A DNA stretch of 64,000 nucleotides, taken from contig OY761614.1 of the NCBI GenBank assembly GCA_963664825.1, positions 1,952,001-2,016,000 of the forward strand, written 5' to 3'. This document shows, piece by piece, positions 1 to 9,706 of this stretch (positions within the stretch are counted from its first letter, which is position 1; the number at the start of each line of letters is the position of its first letter). The notes under the pieces were generated by a model. The model saw only the letters and a program-made list of their open reading frames with translations, made no database searches and was not told the origin of the DNA. This stretch comes from an uncultured Holophaga sp. (GTDB lineage Bacteria; Acidobacteriota; Holophagae; Holophagales; Holophagaceae). Position numbers and translations under genes: made by a program.

Positions 1-195
1 GCTGGTGTTCAGGAGGTATTTCACGTAGAGCATGGCCAATTGGAGGAGCAGGCTCCCCACGAACATGAAGCCGAAGAAGCGGCCCATCTTCTGTTTGAGC
101 ACGCGGCCCATATCGAAGCGGGCGATGACCAGGGCAGGGGGAAGGCCCTGGTCCAGGGCGGGACGGGGGGGGAGGGAGGGGGCGTAGATGGGCAT
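1..195 (-). CDS. ABC transporter permease, N-terminal part (runs off left edge)
   Basis: Manual translation MPIYAPSLPPRPALDQGLPPALVIARFDMGRVLKQKMGRFFGFMFVGSLLLQLAMLYVKYLLNTS; hydrophobic segment; downstream of ABC ATPase on same strand. Confidence 0.7.
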   Translation of the reverse strand, partial: MPIYAPSLPPRPALDQGLPPALVIARFDMGRVLKQKMGRFFGFMFVGSLLLQLAMLYVKYLLNTS

Positions 196-327
196 ATCAG
201 TTCCCCAGCACTGAGATCAAGGCCGAGCCAGGCTTGGCCTGGCAAGGCCGCGGGGGCTCCGGGGGTGTAGGCCGCAGGCCGGTCCCCCGGAAAGTGTCGT
301 TGGCGTAGATGGGCATCCTAATTCCCC
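181..327. repeat. Direct repeat of ATPase/permease junction (181-206 and 302-327)
   Basis: ggcgtagatgggcat exact at 181-195 and 302-316, followed by atcagttcccc vs cctaattcccc; both encode GN-stop then MPIYA on minus strand. Confidence 0.8.
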
Positions 328-1235
328 TCCGGCATATGCAAGGCCCTGATCAACACCTCGTCCAGCCGGTCATGGCGGGGCGTGAGCTGCACCAATACGG
401 CGCCGTGCTTCTGGGCCCAGCGGAAGGGCTCGGTGGGATCGGCCTGATGGAACTCCAGGTCATAGAGGCCGTGGCGATTATCGAGCACCTCGCCCAGCTC
501 GCTAAGACGCGCCTCCTGCTCCGTGTTCAGGGGATCCAGGAAGCGCAGCTCGAAGCGCCGCGTGAGCAGCTTCCGTAGGCCTGCCATGGAACCCGCCGCC
601 TTCAATTCGCCCCTGTCCAGGATGACCAGCTGGTCCGCGCAGCGTTCCACGTCCTCCAGCAGATGGCTGGCCAGGATCACACCCGTGCCCAGCTCGGCCC
701 GGACCTTCAGCACCAGATCCAGCATCCGCTTCCGGCCCTCGGGGTCCAGGCCGTTGGTGGGCTCGTCCAGGAAGACCAGCTCCGGGGAATGCACAAGAGC
801 CTGGGCCAGCTTCACCCGCTGGCGCATGCCCGTGGAATAGCCCGAGACATGGCGGTAGCGGGATTCGTCCAGTCCCACGAAGTAGAGCACCTCGTGGGCC
901 CGGTCCCGGGCGGCGTCCGCAGGCAGGCCGGAGAGTTCCCCCCAGAAGGCCACCTGCTCGAAGGCATTCACATCCTCGATGAGGGCGTCGTACTCGGGCA
1001 TGTAGCCGATGCGGGCCCTCAGCCGCGCGGCCTCGGGGCTGCCCAGGCCCACACCCAGCACCTGACCCGTGCCCTTCGTGGGGGTCAGCAGGCCCAGCAG
1101 CGTCTTGAGGAGCGTGGATTTGCCCGAACCGTTAGGGCCCAGTAGGCCGATGATTCCGTCCTCCAGATTGAGGCTCAGGTGCTTGAGGGCCACCACATCT
1201 CCGTAGTGGACCTCCAGGTCTTGGAATGCGATCAA
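318..1235 (-). CDS. ABC transporter ATP-binding protein
   Basis: Walker A GPNGSGKS, signature YSTGMRQR, Walker B VFLDEP, H-loop ASH; TTG start after GGAG. Confidence 0.93.
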   Translation of the reverse strand: MIAFQDLEVHYGDVVALKHLSLNLEDGIIGLLGPNGSGKSTLLKTLLGLLTPTKGTGQVLGVGLGSPEAARLRARIGYMPEYDALIEDVNAFEQVAFWGELSGLPADAARDRAHEVLYFVGLDESRYRHVSGYSTGMRQRVKLAQALVHSPELVFLDEPTNGLDPEGRKRMLDLVLKVRAELGTGVILASHLLEDVERCADQLVILDRGELKAAGSMAGLRKLLTRRFELRFLDPLNTEQEARLSELGEVLDNRHGLYDLEFHQADPTEPFRWAQKHGAVLVQLTPRHDRLDEVLIRALHMPEGN

Positions 1236-1322
1236 TGGAATCTCCTGGATGAAACAGATACGGGATGGGGGCCCTTCGAGTTTACCGGCTCCCTTGTGCC
1301 ATCCTGGAATCTGGAGGTCTGT

Positions 1323-1982
1323 GTGAAGCTCATCATCTGGGATTTCGATGGCACCCTGGCGGATAGTCGGGCCCTCATCGAGGCGGGCATGGACCATGCC
1401 CTCAAGGCCCTGGGGCTCCAGGAGCGTCCGGGGCTCAAGCAGGAATGGCTGCGCTATGTGGGCCTGCCGGTGGAGGGGGGGCTCCAGCGCACCTTCGGGC
1501 CCCTGGGGCTGGATCCGGCCGAGGTGCTGAAGGTCTACCGCACCTTCGATTGGGTGGTGAACGAACGTCTATTGGTGCCCTTCCCCGGCATGGACGCCCT
1601 GATTCATGAACTCCACGGCCTCGGCGTGAAGATGGCCATCGCTTCTTCCAAGCGGGGCGGGCCTCTGCGCCGCCAAGTGGAGGCCTTCGGATGGACCGGC
1701 TGTTTCGACCCAATGGTGACCCCCGATGAGGTGAGCATCGCCAAACCCCATCCGGAGAGCCTGGAGCTCTGCCTGGCCACCCACGGCCTCGCACCCCTGG
1801 AAGCGGTCATGGTGGGCGATACGCCCTTCGATCTGGAGATGGCCAACGGGGCCGGTGTGCCCGGCATCGCCGTGGGGCATGGGTTCTATGGCCGGGAAGC
1901 CCTGGAGGCCTGTGGTCCAATTGCCTATGCCCCCGATGTGCCTGCGCTGAGGGAGATCCTCCTGGCGAGGGTGACCCCATGA
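1323..1982 (+). CDS. HAD-family hydrolase (phosphoglycolate phosphatase-like)
   Basis: Motif I DFDGTL, KPHP, VGDT..D; GTG start after GGAGG. Confidence 0.9.
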   Translation: MKLIIWDFDGTLADSRALIEAGMDHALKALGLQERPGLKQEWLRYVGLPVEGGLQRTFGPLGLDPAEVLKVYRTFDWVVNERLLVPFPGMDALIHELHGLGVKMAIASSKRGGPLRRQVEAFGWTGCFDPMVTPDEVSIAKPHPESLELCLATHGLAPLEAVMVGDTPFDLEMANGAGVPGIAVGHGFYGREALEACGPIAYAPDVPALREILLARVTP

Positions 1983-2479
1983 GCCTGACCCATCTGGACG
2001 CGGAGGGCCGACCCACGATGGTGGATGTCTCGGCCAAGGCCATCACCCGGCGGCGGGCCGTGGCGGCGGGCTGCCTGGAACTCTGCCCGGCTTGTGCCGA
2101 GGCCCTGGAACAAGGGGGAGGTCCCAAGGGGGATCCCTGGTCCGTGGCCCGCATTGCCGCTGTCGGAGGCGTCAAGCGCACCTCGGACCTCATCCCCCTG
2201 GCTCATCCCCTGGTGGTGGAGGCCGTGAACGTGGTCCATCACTGGGACCCGATCACTCGTCGGGCCTGGCTGCGGGTGGAGGTCTCCCTGGAAGGCCGCA
2301 CGGGCGTGGAGATGGAGGCCCTGGTAGGGGTCAGCACCGGTCTACTGGCCCTCTACGATATGTTGAAGGCAATCAGTCACGAAATGTCCTTGGGGCCGGT
2401 GCGACTTCTCCTCAAGGAGGGGGGGCGCCGTGGTGCTGTGGCCTGGCCATGGCTTGAATGCCCATGGAGTGATAGGTAA
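1979..2479 (+). CDS. moaC: Cyclic pyranopterin monophosphate synthase MoaC
   Basis: LTHLD..G.P.MVDVSAK, KRTSDLIPLAHP, TGVEMEAL, YDMLKA; ATGA overlap with HAD gene. Confidence 0.93.
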   Translation: MSLTHLDAEGRPTMVDVSAKAITRRRAVAAGCLELCPACAEALEQGGGPKGDPWSVARIAAVGGVKRTSDLIPLAHPLVVEAVNVVHHWDPITRRAWLRVEVSLEGRTGVEMEALVGVSTGLLALYDMLKAISHEMSLGPVRLLLKEGGRRGAVAWPWLECPWSDR

Positions 2480-2493
2480 AATACGATAATTGT

Positions 2494-2522
2494 TTGCAGG
2501 TTCGGCTTCGGCTCGCTACTCT
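2494..2522 (+). promoter_or_regulatory. Putative sigma70 promoter of LysM-M23 gene
   Basis: TTGCAG-17 bp-TACTCT in intergenic region. Confidence 0.4.
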
Positions 2523-2623
2523 TGAATATCCCTGCGTGTAGTCACGATGGGAAATGGTCCTCAAGGAGGCCTTAGCGTCCTTCCTAGTCCCCTTTTAACC
2601 GCCCCTGAACCCTTGGAGGCCCC

Positions 2624-3700
2624 ATGAGATTATCGCCACTCGTGCTCGCGCTTTCCCTGGTGGGGATGTGCGGAAATCTGGGTGTTGCCAGGCACGCCCG
2701 ACCGGCCAAGACGGCCAAGGCCTCCAGGGCTTTGAAACCCGCCAAGGTGAAAGCGGACCGTGGGGTCCACAGGGTCCGCAAAGGAGAGACGGTCGCCAAG
2801 ATCGCCCGCCAGTTCAAACTGACCCGGTCCCAGATCGAGGAGCTGAATCCCGACGTGGATCTGGGGACCCTCAGTGTGGGCACTGTCTTGAGAGTGGTCC
2901 CCGATCGGAAACCCCTTCGCGTGCCCCAGCAGATTGCGAAAGAACCTGCCCAGGCGAAGGGCCTGCCTGCCGTGAGTCCCTTGCCCGGGACGCCGAGCCT
3001 GCGTCCGGCCTCGCTGGTCCATCTGGAGCGCGTGCTTCCCTCGGCCACCCTTCGGCCCGTGCCCGATGGCACGAACCTATCAGGAGCGGCTTCCTCAGAT
3101 GATCCCAAGACCCTAGCCGCTCAGATGCAGCCCGTTCTGCCCCGGATCACGGAATCCGAGTTGGCCGCTCCTGCGCGTTTCGATTTGGCTGATCCCACCA
3201 AGCTCGATCTCCTGTGGCCCGTGGGGACCCGGACCATCAGCTCGGCCTGGGGGCCTCGGATCCGCACCCGCACGGTGCGGGTGAGGACCAAGGCTAGCCG
3301 GAAGAAAATCCGCCAGCGTTATCGGGGCAGCCACAAGGGCGTCGATCTCACGGCTCCCATGGGCACCGATGTCTATGCGGCCATGGATGGGCGAGTGATC
3401 GAGGCGGGCCGTCACAAGGACTACGGGAATTTCGTGGTCTTGGATCATGGCAACGGCGTGACCACCCTCTATGGCCACCACAAGCTCAACTATGTGCGCA
3501 CCGGAGATGTGGTCCGGCGAGGCCAGAAGATCGCTGAGGTGGGGCGTACGGGCAAGGCCACAGGGCCCCATCTCCATTTCGAACTGCGCCTCAACGGTGT
3601 GCACCAGAATCCTCTCCCCGTCCTGAACGATTCGGAAGAGATCCCTGCCGAGCTCATGGCTCAGAATGAGGCCGCTATCCCTCCCCGTCTGCGGGATTGA
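2624..3700 (+). CDS. LysM-domain M23 family peptidoglycan endopeptidase
   Basis: Signal peptide; LysM (HRVRKGETVAKIARQF..LNP); M23 motifs HKGVD, YGH, GPHLHFE. Confidence 0.92.
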   Translation: MRLSPLVLALSLVGMCGNLGVARHARPAKTAKASRALKPAKVKADRGVHRVRKGETVAKIARQFKLTRSQIEELNPDVDLGTLSVGTVLRVVPDRKPLRVPQQIAKEPAQAKGLPAVSPLPGTPSLRPASLVHLERVLPSATLRPVPDGTNLSGAASSDDPKTLAAQMQPVLPRITESELAAPARFDLADPTKLDLLWPVGTRTISSAWGPRIRTRTVRVRTKASRKKIRQRYRGSHKGVDLTAPMGTDVYAAMDGRVIEAGRHKDYGNFVVLDHGNGVTTLYGHHKLNYVRTGDVVRRGQKIAEVGRTGKATGPHLHFELRLNGVHQNPLPVLNDSEEIPAELMAQNEAAIPPRLRD

Positions 3701-3835
3701 GGGCGATGCACTTTCATTGCCCGGGCTTCTGAACCTTCAGGGGAGTTCAAAGCACTCAACCATCGGCCCTTCGCTCTAAGCCAAGGTGGGCGGGCCGTGG
3801 TACCCTATGATTTTGGCCCCTTTTCCGAGGTCGTG

Positions 3836-5734
3836 ATGGTGTTTTCGCGTTCTTCATGGCGTTTCCTGGCGGTCCTGGCGGCCCTGTGTGTTCTCCCCCT
3901 CGGCCTGGGCTGCGGAGGGAAGAAGAGCAACAGCAGCAGTGAAAGCGCAACCACTGTCACGGTTTCAGGCACTGCCACCTACACGCGAGTGCCCCTCCTG
4001 GCGGATGCAGATGGGATTCCCACGGGCCTCGAAACCGATAAGACCAAGTTCACCAGCCTGCCTCTGCGGGGGGCGATGGTGCGGGCCTACCAAAGCACCT
4101 CGGAGACCGATGCCAACGGCAACGCGGTGACGGTGTGGAAGGTCGTCGCGTCCACCAGCACGGGTACGGACGGCACCTATACCCTCACGGTCACCAAGGA
4201 TGAATCCACCTTCGTGGAGATCCTCAGCGCGATCACGCCTTCGACGGGATCGGGCGTGAGGGTCCTGGCCACCTCCATCTCGGATAGTACGCCGGTTTCC
4301 GACCGCCCTTATTACCTCCTACGCAAGGGGGTTGATGGGGGCAGCGCTGACCAGACGCCAGGATCGGTCATCAGCGCCAACGCCACGGTGGATTTCGCGA
4401 TCGATCTCGATAAGGCCTGGTGGAAGGGTCCCCTCGCCACCACTATCACCAAGACCGTCATTACGGGAGCCACGCCCAGCACTACTTGGGCCCCGAACGT
4501 GACACTGGAGACGGTCGGGACGGGCAGCCGTGTGGCGGCCATTCTCGATAGTGCCTACACCTTCGGGTATTACATCGGCGAACCCACTCCTGGCGCTGCG
4601 CTCTACCTGCACTACCTGATGAATTCCGGGGATGCAGGGCCCAGTTTCATCGAATACGATCTCGCAGCCCACTCGGCCACCAAGTCCACGAATACCTACT
4701 TCGGATATATCCGGGGTGCCTCTGCCAATGACGATGCCTTCGACGAGGGGGTGATCTTCCCCCTGCTGGCCCGGAACCACATGGTGGCCCAGGGCTATAC
4801 CACGCTTCGACCCACCCTTGCCCTCTCCGATCGCTCCGATCTCCAGGACCTCCGTCCCGAAATGGCCCTGATGGAGGGGTTCTCCCAGGGCATCGCGGCC
4901 GTTCTGCTCAAGTCGCCCTACCTGGCCGACACCAATGGCGCCACGATCAGCAGCCTTCGGGATGTGCGCGCCACGGGCCTTGGCAAGGATGCCTATTCCG
5001 CCGCCAATATCGCCGCGCTCACCTGGAAGCTCTATCTCGCCGCCAATAGCGTGGCCGATACGCCCACCGGATGGGCGGGCCTCACGCGAACGGCTCTCAA
5101 CCGCTTCTTCACGGTCTCCGTGCCCAAGGATTCCACCACCAGCACCTATCCCAAGGATGTCGGCAGCATCTATTCCCAACTCATCCGGCTCCAGGAAGCC
5201 CAGGGCACTTCCGATTCCGTCAATCTGGCGGCCTTCTTCCCGGACGCTACGCTCACCACACTGGTCACGCCCTTCGGTCTCACCTGGCCCCGTTTGACGA
5301 CCTTGCCCACCCCCTTTGTCTCCTCGGATGCCGGTTACCTGGCGGATTGGGGCACGAATCCCAATTCCCTCGCCACGGCCTTGCCCTCCTTCACCCTGGG
5401 CATGGGGAATGCCCATGCGAACAGTCTGGGCCTCTACCCGAACTTCTCGAAGGATGAGGTCTTCACCTCACGCTTCACACTGAGTGGTGACCGGATCTAC
5501 GCGTTGAATATCCTGACCGTGCCAACCCTCCCCTCAACGGCCCAGGTGCAGGTCACCATCGGAGGGCTCAAATACCTCTTCGATGCAGGGACGGAGCCCA
5601 TCCGCCTCCCTTATCTCGATGGAGACAGCACCACGGCGGTCTACCAGAGCCTCCAGGTTCGCCTACTGAGCCCTGTGACTAAACAGCCCAGTGATTTCAA
5701 AGTCACGCTCGAGCTCAACCAGCTCGAACCCTGA
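3836..5734 (+). CDS. Large Ser/Thr-rich lipoprotein, possible inactive zincin-like domain
   Basis: Lipobox LGLGC followed by GGKKSNSSS; long ORF; DDAFDEGVIF...ALMEGFSQG without HExxH. Confidence 0.75.
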   Translation: MVFSRSSWRFLAVLAALCVLPLGLGCGGKKSNSSSESATTVTVSGTATYTRVPLLADADGIPTGLETDKTKFTSLPLRGAMVRAYQSTSETDANGNAVTVWKVVASTSTGTDGTYTLTVTKDESTFVEILSAITPSTGSGVRVLATSISDSTPVSDRPYYLLRKGVDGGSADQTPGSVISANATVDFAIDLDKAWWKGPLATTITKTVITGATPSTTWAPNVTLETVGTGSRVAAILDSAYTFGYYIGEPTPGAALYLHYLMNSGDAGPSFIEYDLAAHSATKSTNTYFGYIRGASANDDAFDEGVIFPLLARNHMVAQGYTTLRPTLALSDRSDLQDLRPEMALMEGFSQGIAAVLLKSPYLADTNGATISSLRDVRATGLGKDAYSAANIAALTWKLYLAANSVADTPTGWAGLTRTALNRFFTVSVPKDSTTSTYPKDVGSIYSQLIRLQEAQGTSDSVNLAAFFPDATLTTLVTPFGLTWPRLTTLPTPFVSSDAGYLADWGTNPNSLATALPSFTLGMGNAHANSLGLYPNFSKDEVFTSRFTLSGDRIYALNILTVPTLPSTAQVQVTIGGLKYLFDAGTEPIRLPYLDGDSTTAVYQSLQVRLLSPVTKQPSDFKVTLELNQLEP

Positions 5735-5747
5735 ATAGGATTCCGAC

Positions 5748-6563
5748 ATGGATCTAGGCAAAGCCTTCGAGGCCCTGAAGAACCGCGCTCCCTTTGTCCC
5801 CGAGATCGCCCTGGTCTTGGGCTCCGGTCTGGGCCAGCTGGCTCACTGCAAGGAGGCCCTGGCGGGCACCCAGATCCCCTTCACGGAGATCCCGGGTTTC
5901 CCCCAGCAGACCGTGCCGGGTCACGCGGGCAAGATGATCTTCTGCGAGCTGGAAGGGCGCAAGGTGCTGCTCCAGGCGGGACGCTTCCACTTCTATGAAG
6001 GCAACCCCATGGCCCTCTGCACGGCCCCCATGCGCCTCTACGGCCGCCTGGGCGTGAAGGCCGTGCTGCACACCAACGCCGCCGGCGCCGTGAACTGGAA
6101 CTTCAAGGTGGGCGATCTGATGCTGCTCACCGACCACATCAATCTCCAGGGCACCAACGCGCTCATTGGGCCCAACGTGGAACCCGGTCCCCGCTTCCAG
6201 GACATGACCGAGGCCTACGACAAGGGGCTCCGCGCCCAGATCCACGCCGCCGCCACCGCCACGGGACAGCGTCTCCAGGAAGGCGTCTACCTGGCCGTGA
6301 CCGGGCCCAGCTTCGAGACGCCCGCGGAGATCCGTGCCTTCCGCACCCTGGGAGCGGACGCCGTGGGCATGAGCACCGTGCCCGAGGTCATCGTGGCCCG
6401 CCACGAGGGCATGAAGGTGGCTGGCATCAGCTGCCTCTGCAACATGGCCGCCGGGATGCTGCCCCAGCCCCTCGCCCACACGGAGGTCCTGGAGGCCGGA
6501 GCCGCTGCTGCTGCGGGCTTCGAGGCCCTGGTGCGGAAGTTCGTGCGGGACCTCAAAATCTGA
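5748..6563 (+). CDS. punA: Purine-nucleoside phosphorylase (trimeric type)
   Basis: VLGSGLG, GRFHFYEG, TNAAG, GPSFETPAE, DAVGMSTVPE. Confidence 0.92.
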   Translation: MDLGKAFEALKNRAPFVPEIALVLGSGLGQLAHCKEALAGTQIPFTEIPGFPQQTVPGHAGKMIFCELEGRKVLLQAGRFHFYEGNPMALCTAPMRLYGRLGVKAVLHTNAAGAVNWNFKVGDLMLLTDHINLQGTNALIGPNVEPGPRFQDMTEAYDKGLRAQIHAAATATGQRLQEGVYLAVTGPSFETPAEIRAFRTLGADAVGMSTVPEVIVARHEGMKVAGISCLCNMAAGMLPQPLAHTEVLEAGAAAAAGFEALVRKFVRDLKI

Positions 6564-6587
6564 ATTGGATCAGACGGAAACCTCAAG

Positions 6588-6617
6588 TGAGAAGCGGCCC
6601 TCCGGGGCCGCTTCTCA
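6588..6617. terminator. Hairpin terminator between convergent punA and ychF
   Basis: 13-bp perfect stem TGAGAAGCGGCCC-tccg-GGGCCGCTTCTCA. Confidence 0.75.
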
Positions 6618-6628
6618 TGGTTGCTCTC

Positions 6629-6886
6629 AGACGTTGAAGAGGAAGTTGAGGACATCGCCATCCTGGACGACGTAGTCCTTGCCTGAGGGCCCCGCTCCAC
6701 GGCTCCAAGCGCAGCGCCGGAGGCGTGGGAGGGGCGTCCGGTGGACGCCCCGTTCGCGGGCGATCAAGCGCCGTGCGCGAGGTCCCCGAGCGCTCAGGCG
6801 CCAGGGCAAGGTCCTGTGGCGTGGCCGCTCTAGACGTTGAAGAGGAAGTTAAGGACATCGCCATCCTGGACGACGTAGTCCTTGCC
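6629..6886. repeat. 55-bp direct repeat of ychF 3' end (6629-6683 and 6832-6886), attL/attR-like
   Basis: 54/55 identical; both encode GKDYVVQDGDVLNFLFNV-stop on minus strand. Confidence 0.92.
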
Positions 6887-7930
6887 CTCCGACCTCATCC
6901 GTCCGGCTTCCTTGGCGGGCTGCTCACCACCCAGGCGCACATAGTCCTCGTAGGCGATGGTCTGGGCGCGGATGAAGCCCTTCTCGAAATCCGTATGGAT
7001 GACTCCAGCGGCCTGGGGTGCCGTGTCGCCGATGTGGATGGTCCAGGCTCGCACTTCCTTGGGACCGGCCGTGAAGTAGGTCTGGAGGCCCAGGAGACGG
7101 AACGAGGCCCGGATCAGGGTGTTCAGGCCCGGCTCCTTGAGGCCAGCTTCTTCCAGGAACATGGGGCGTTCTTCTTCCGGAAGCTCCTGGATCTCCGCCT
7201 CGAGCTTGGAGCAGATGGGGATCACGGGACAGTCCCGTTCGAGCCCCGCCTTTTCCAAGGCCGCGAAATGGGCATTGGCCGATGGGTTGGGGATATCGGC
7301 TTCGGCGATATTCCCCACCAGCAGCATGGGCTTGAGGGTGAGGAGGCAGAAGGGCCTTAAGAGGACGCGCTCCTCCTTGTAGAGATCGGCGGTGCGGGCC
7401 CAGCGGCCGTCGTTGAGGGCCTTGTTCACCTTGCCGAGCACCAGCACCAGGGCCTGGGATTCCTTGTTGCCGCCCTTGGCGATCTTGAGGTGGCGATCCA
7501 GGGCCTTTTCCAGGGACTCCATATCCTTGAGGATCAGCTCGGTGTCGATGATGGCGAGATCGCGCACGGGATCGATACCGCCTTCCACGTGGGTGATATC
7601 CCCATCCTCGAAACACCGGACCACCTGCACGATGGCATCCGTATCCCGGATATTGGCCAGGAAGGCGTTCCCGAGCCCCTCGCCCTTGCTGGCGCCCCGC
7701 ACCAGGCCCGCAATATCGACGAACTCCTGGGCCGCTGGCATCACGCGCTGGGGCTTGACGAGGGTCGCCAGCCTATCCAGGCGCGCATCGGGCACATCCA
7801 CTACGCCCGTATTGGGTTCGATGGTGCAGAAGGGGTAGTTGGCGCTCGCGGCCCCTGCCCGGGTCAGCGCGTTGAAGAGAGTGGACTTTCCGACGTTGGG
7901 GAGCCCTACGATGCCGCACTGAACCGCCAT
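6830..7930 (-). CDS. ychF: Redox-regulated ATPase YchF
   Basis: GIVGLPNVGKSTLFNAL, ANYPFCTIEPN, DIAGLVRGASKGEGLGNAFL, AAGVIHTDFEKGFIRA. Confidence 0.97.
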   Translation of the reverse strand: MAVQCGIVGLPNVGKSTLFNALTRAGAASANYPFCTIEPNTGVVDVPDARLDRLATLVKPQRVMPAAQEFVDIAGLVRGASKGEGLGNAFLANIRDTDAIVQVVRCFEDGDITHVEGGIDPVRDLAIIDTELILKDMESLEKALDRHLKIAKGGNKESQALVLVLGKVNKALNDGRWARTADLYKEERVLLRPFCLLTLKPMLLVGNIAEADIPNPSANAHFAALEKAGLERDCPVIPICSKLEAEIQELPEEERPMFLEEAGLKEPGLNTLIRASFRLLGLQTYFTAGPKEVRAWTIHIGDTAPQAAGVIHTDFEKGFIRAQTIAYEDYVRLGGEQPAKEAGRMRSEGKDYVVQDGDVLNFLFNV

Positions 7931-7955
7931 TCGATCCTCCGAAAATCCAAGCCGT

Positions 7956-8834
7956 TCAGTCTCTCACGGAGCGCCCCTGGGCTCCAGCGGCGAGACTGGC
8001 GAGCAGGTCGGCGAATTTCTCCAGGGCCTCGGGGCATTCCTGGAGGAAGAGCCGCGGCTCCATGACCTCCACCTCCATGACGAGGGGCCTGCCCTGGGCG
8101 TCTGGCGCCAGATCCACGCGGCCATAGGTAGGAGCCACAGGCAGGGCGGCCATCACCTCGCAGGCGATCCTGCGTTCCTCTTCCGTGGGAATCACGCGTT
8201 CCATCGTGCGCTCGATGCCCACGCCTTCGGTGAGGGCCTGGGTGCGCTTCACGGCATGGGTGAGTTCTCCTCCGATGAAGAGGAAACTGCGCTCGCCGTA
8301 GGTCTCTACGCTGGAGAGGTAGGGCTGCAGGAGGGCGTCCCCCTCCTGGAGGAGTCCCTGCAGATGGATCTGGGCGGCGGGATCCTCCCCCCGGTAGCGG
8401 CCCGTGCGGTAGGCCCCCGCGCTGATGGCGGGCTTCACCACCACGTCCCCCCAGGCGGCGGCCGCACTGAGGGCGGCTACATTCATGTCCCTGCCGTGTT
8501 TCGCCAGGATCGTCGGCACCACGGGCAGACGCTTCGCGGCCAGTTCCAGCAGGTATCCCTTGTGATGGTTCCAGCGCAGGAGGGCGATGGGGTTCAGCAA
8601 CACGCTGCGGGAGGCCATCGCCTCGGCCCAGGCGAGAAAGGCTTCCGGATGCAGGTAGTAGTCCCAGGTATTGCGGATGACGCAGAGATCGGGCGTTTCG
8701 GTCGCGGCGGCTTCGGACGACCACACGAGGGGGAAGGCCTCCGCCCCCCGGCGGCGAAGGGCCTCCGCCAGCATCTGGTCATCGGTGAACAGATCCGGCA
8801 GTGTTTCGCAGGTGGCTAGGGCGATGCGCATCAT
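7956..8834 (-). CDS. ATP-grasp ligase (RimK/DcsG-like)
   Basis: IRNTWDY, WNHHKGYL, VVKPAISAGA, LLQPYL, YGRVD, MEVEVMEPRLF. Confidence 0.8.
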   Translation of the reverse strand: MMRIALATCETLPDLFTDDQMLAEALRRRGAEAFPLVWSSEAAATETPDLCVIRNTWDYYLHPEAFLAWAEAMASRSVLLNPIALLRWNHHKGYLLELAAKRLPVVPTILAKHGRDMNVAALSAAAAWGDVVVKPAISAGAYRTGRYRGEDPAAQIHLQGLLQEGDALLQPYLSSVETYGERSFLFIGGELTHAVKRTQALTEGVGIERTMERVIPTEEERRIACEVMAALPVAPTYGRVDLAPDAQGRPLVMEVEVMEPRLFLQECPEALEKFADLLASLAAGAQGRSVRD

Positions 8835-9706
8835 TCCTCCGCAGGGCAAGGGGGCGCGGGGCGTCGCACCGGGAACTGGACGAGGGCCACACCCGCCAGG
8901 ATGACGAGCATCCCCAGCAGCACGCGGAGCGTGAAGGCCTCCCGCAGGAAGAGACTGCCCAGGAGCACGGCCACCACTGGGTTGAGGAAGGAATAGGTGC
9001 TCATCTTGGCGGGGGGCCAGACCCGGGACAGGTAGTTGAAGGCCGTCTGGGTAATGAGGGAACCGAAGATGGCCAGGAAGGCCACGGCCAGCGCGGCCTT
9101 GAGGGTGAGCGACCCGTGAAGGAAGCCTCCCGTGAAACGCGTCATGACGAGTCCAAAGGCCCCGCCCGTGAGCATCTGGACGCCCACGTTGCCGAGGAGG
9201 CTATGACCCTGGACACGCTTGCGGGCGTAGAGGGTGCCGAAGGCCCACAAAAAGGTGGCCAGCAGGATGCCTGCGAGGCCCAGGGGATTCAGGGCCAGAC
9301 CCTGGCCCGGCTTCCAGGCGAGCACCGCCACCCCCGAAAAGCCCACGGCCAGCCCCAGGAAGGAGCGCCCGTTCATGCCCTCCCGGTTCATGAGGGCATA
9401 GAAGAAGGGCGTGGTGGCGCAGAGTATCGCCGTGAGACCGCTGGGGACGCGGCCTTCGGCCCAGGTGACGAGGGCGTTGGAGAGGCCTAGCAGGAGCAGT
9501 CCCTGGAACATCAGATGGGGCAGATCCCGGCGCAGGGGAGGCGTTTCTCCGCGTAGGCGGGCCAGGAGGAGCGCCAGGGCGCCGGCCGCAAGGTAGCGGG
9601 TGGCCACCATGCCGAAGGGCGTGAAGCTCGCGATGCCCAGGGCTATGGCGAAGTACGTGCTCCCCCAGACCAGGGCGCAGACGCCATAGGCCAGCCAGGC
9701 CATCAC
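8831..9706 (-). CDS. EamA/DMT family transporter
   Basis: VWGSTYFAI, ~10 hydrophobic helices, YSFLNPVVAVLLG. Confidence 0.92.
   Translation of the reverse strand: MMAWLAYGVCALVWGSTYFAIALGIASFTPFGMVATRYLAAGALALLLARLRGETPPLRRDLPHLMFQGLLLLGLSNALVTWAEGRVPSGLTAILCATTPFFYALMNREGMNGRSFLGLAVGFSGVAVLAWKPGQGLALNPLGLAGILLATFLWAFGTLYARKRVQGHSLLGNVGVQMLTGGAFGLVMTRFTGGFLHGSLTLKAALAVAFLAIFGSLITQTAFNYLSRVWPPAKMSTYSFLNPVVAVLLGSLFLREAFTLRVLLGMLVILAGVALVQFPVRRPAPPCPAEE

Noticed and set aside
6627..6809. 60-aa ORF ending like YchF
   Set aside because: By-product of the duplicated ychF 3' end; no RBS or coherent N-terminus
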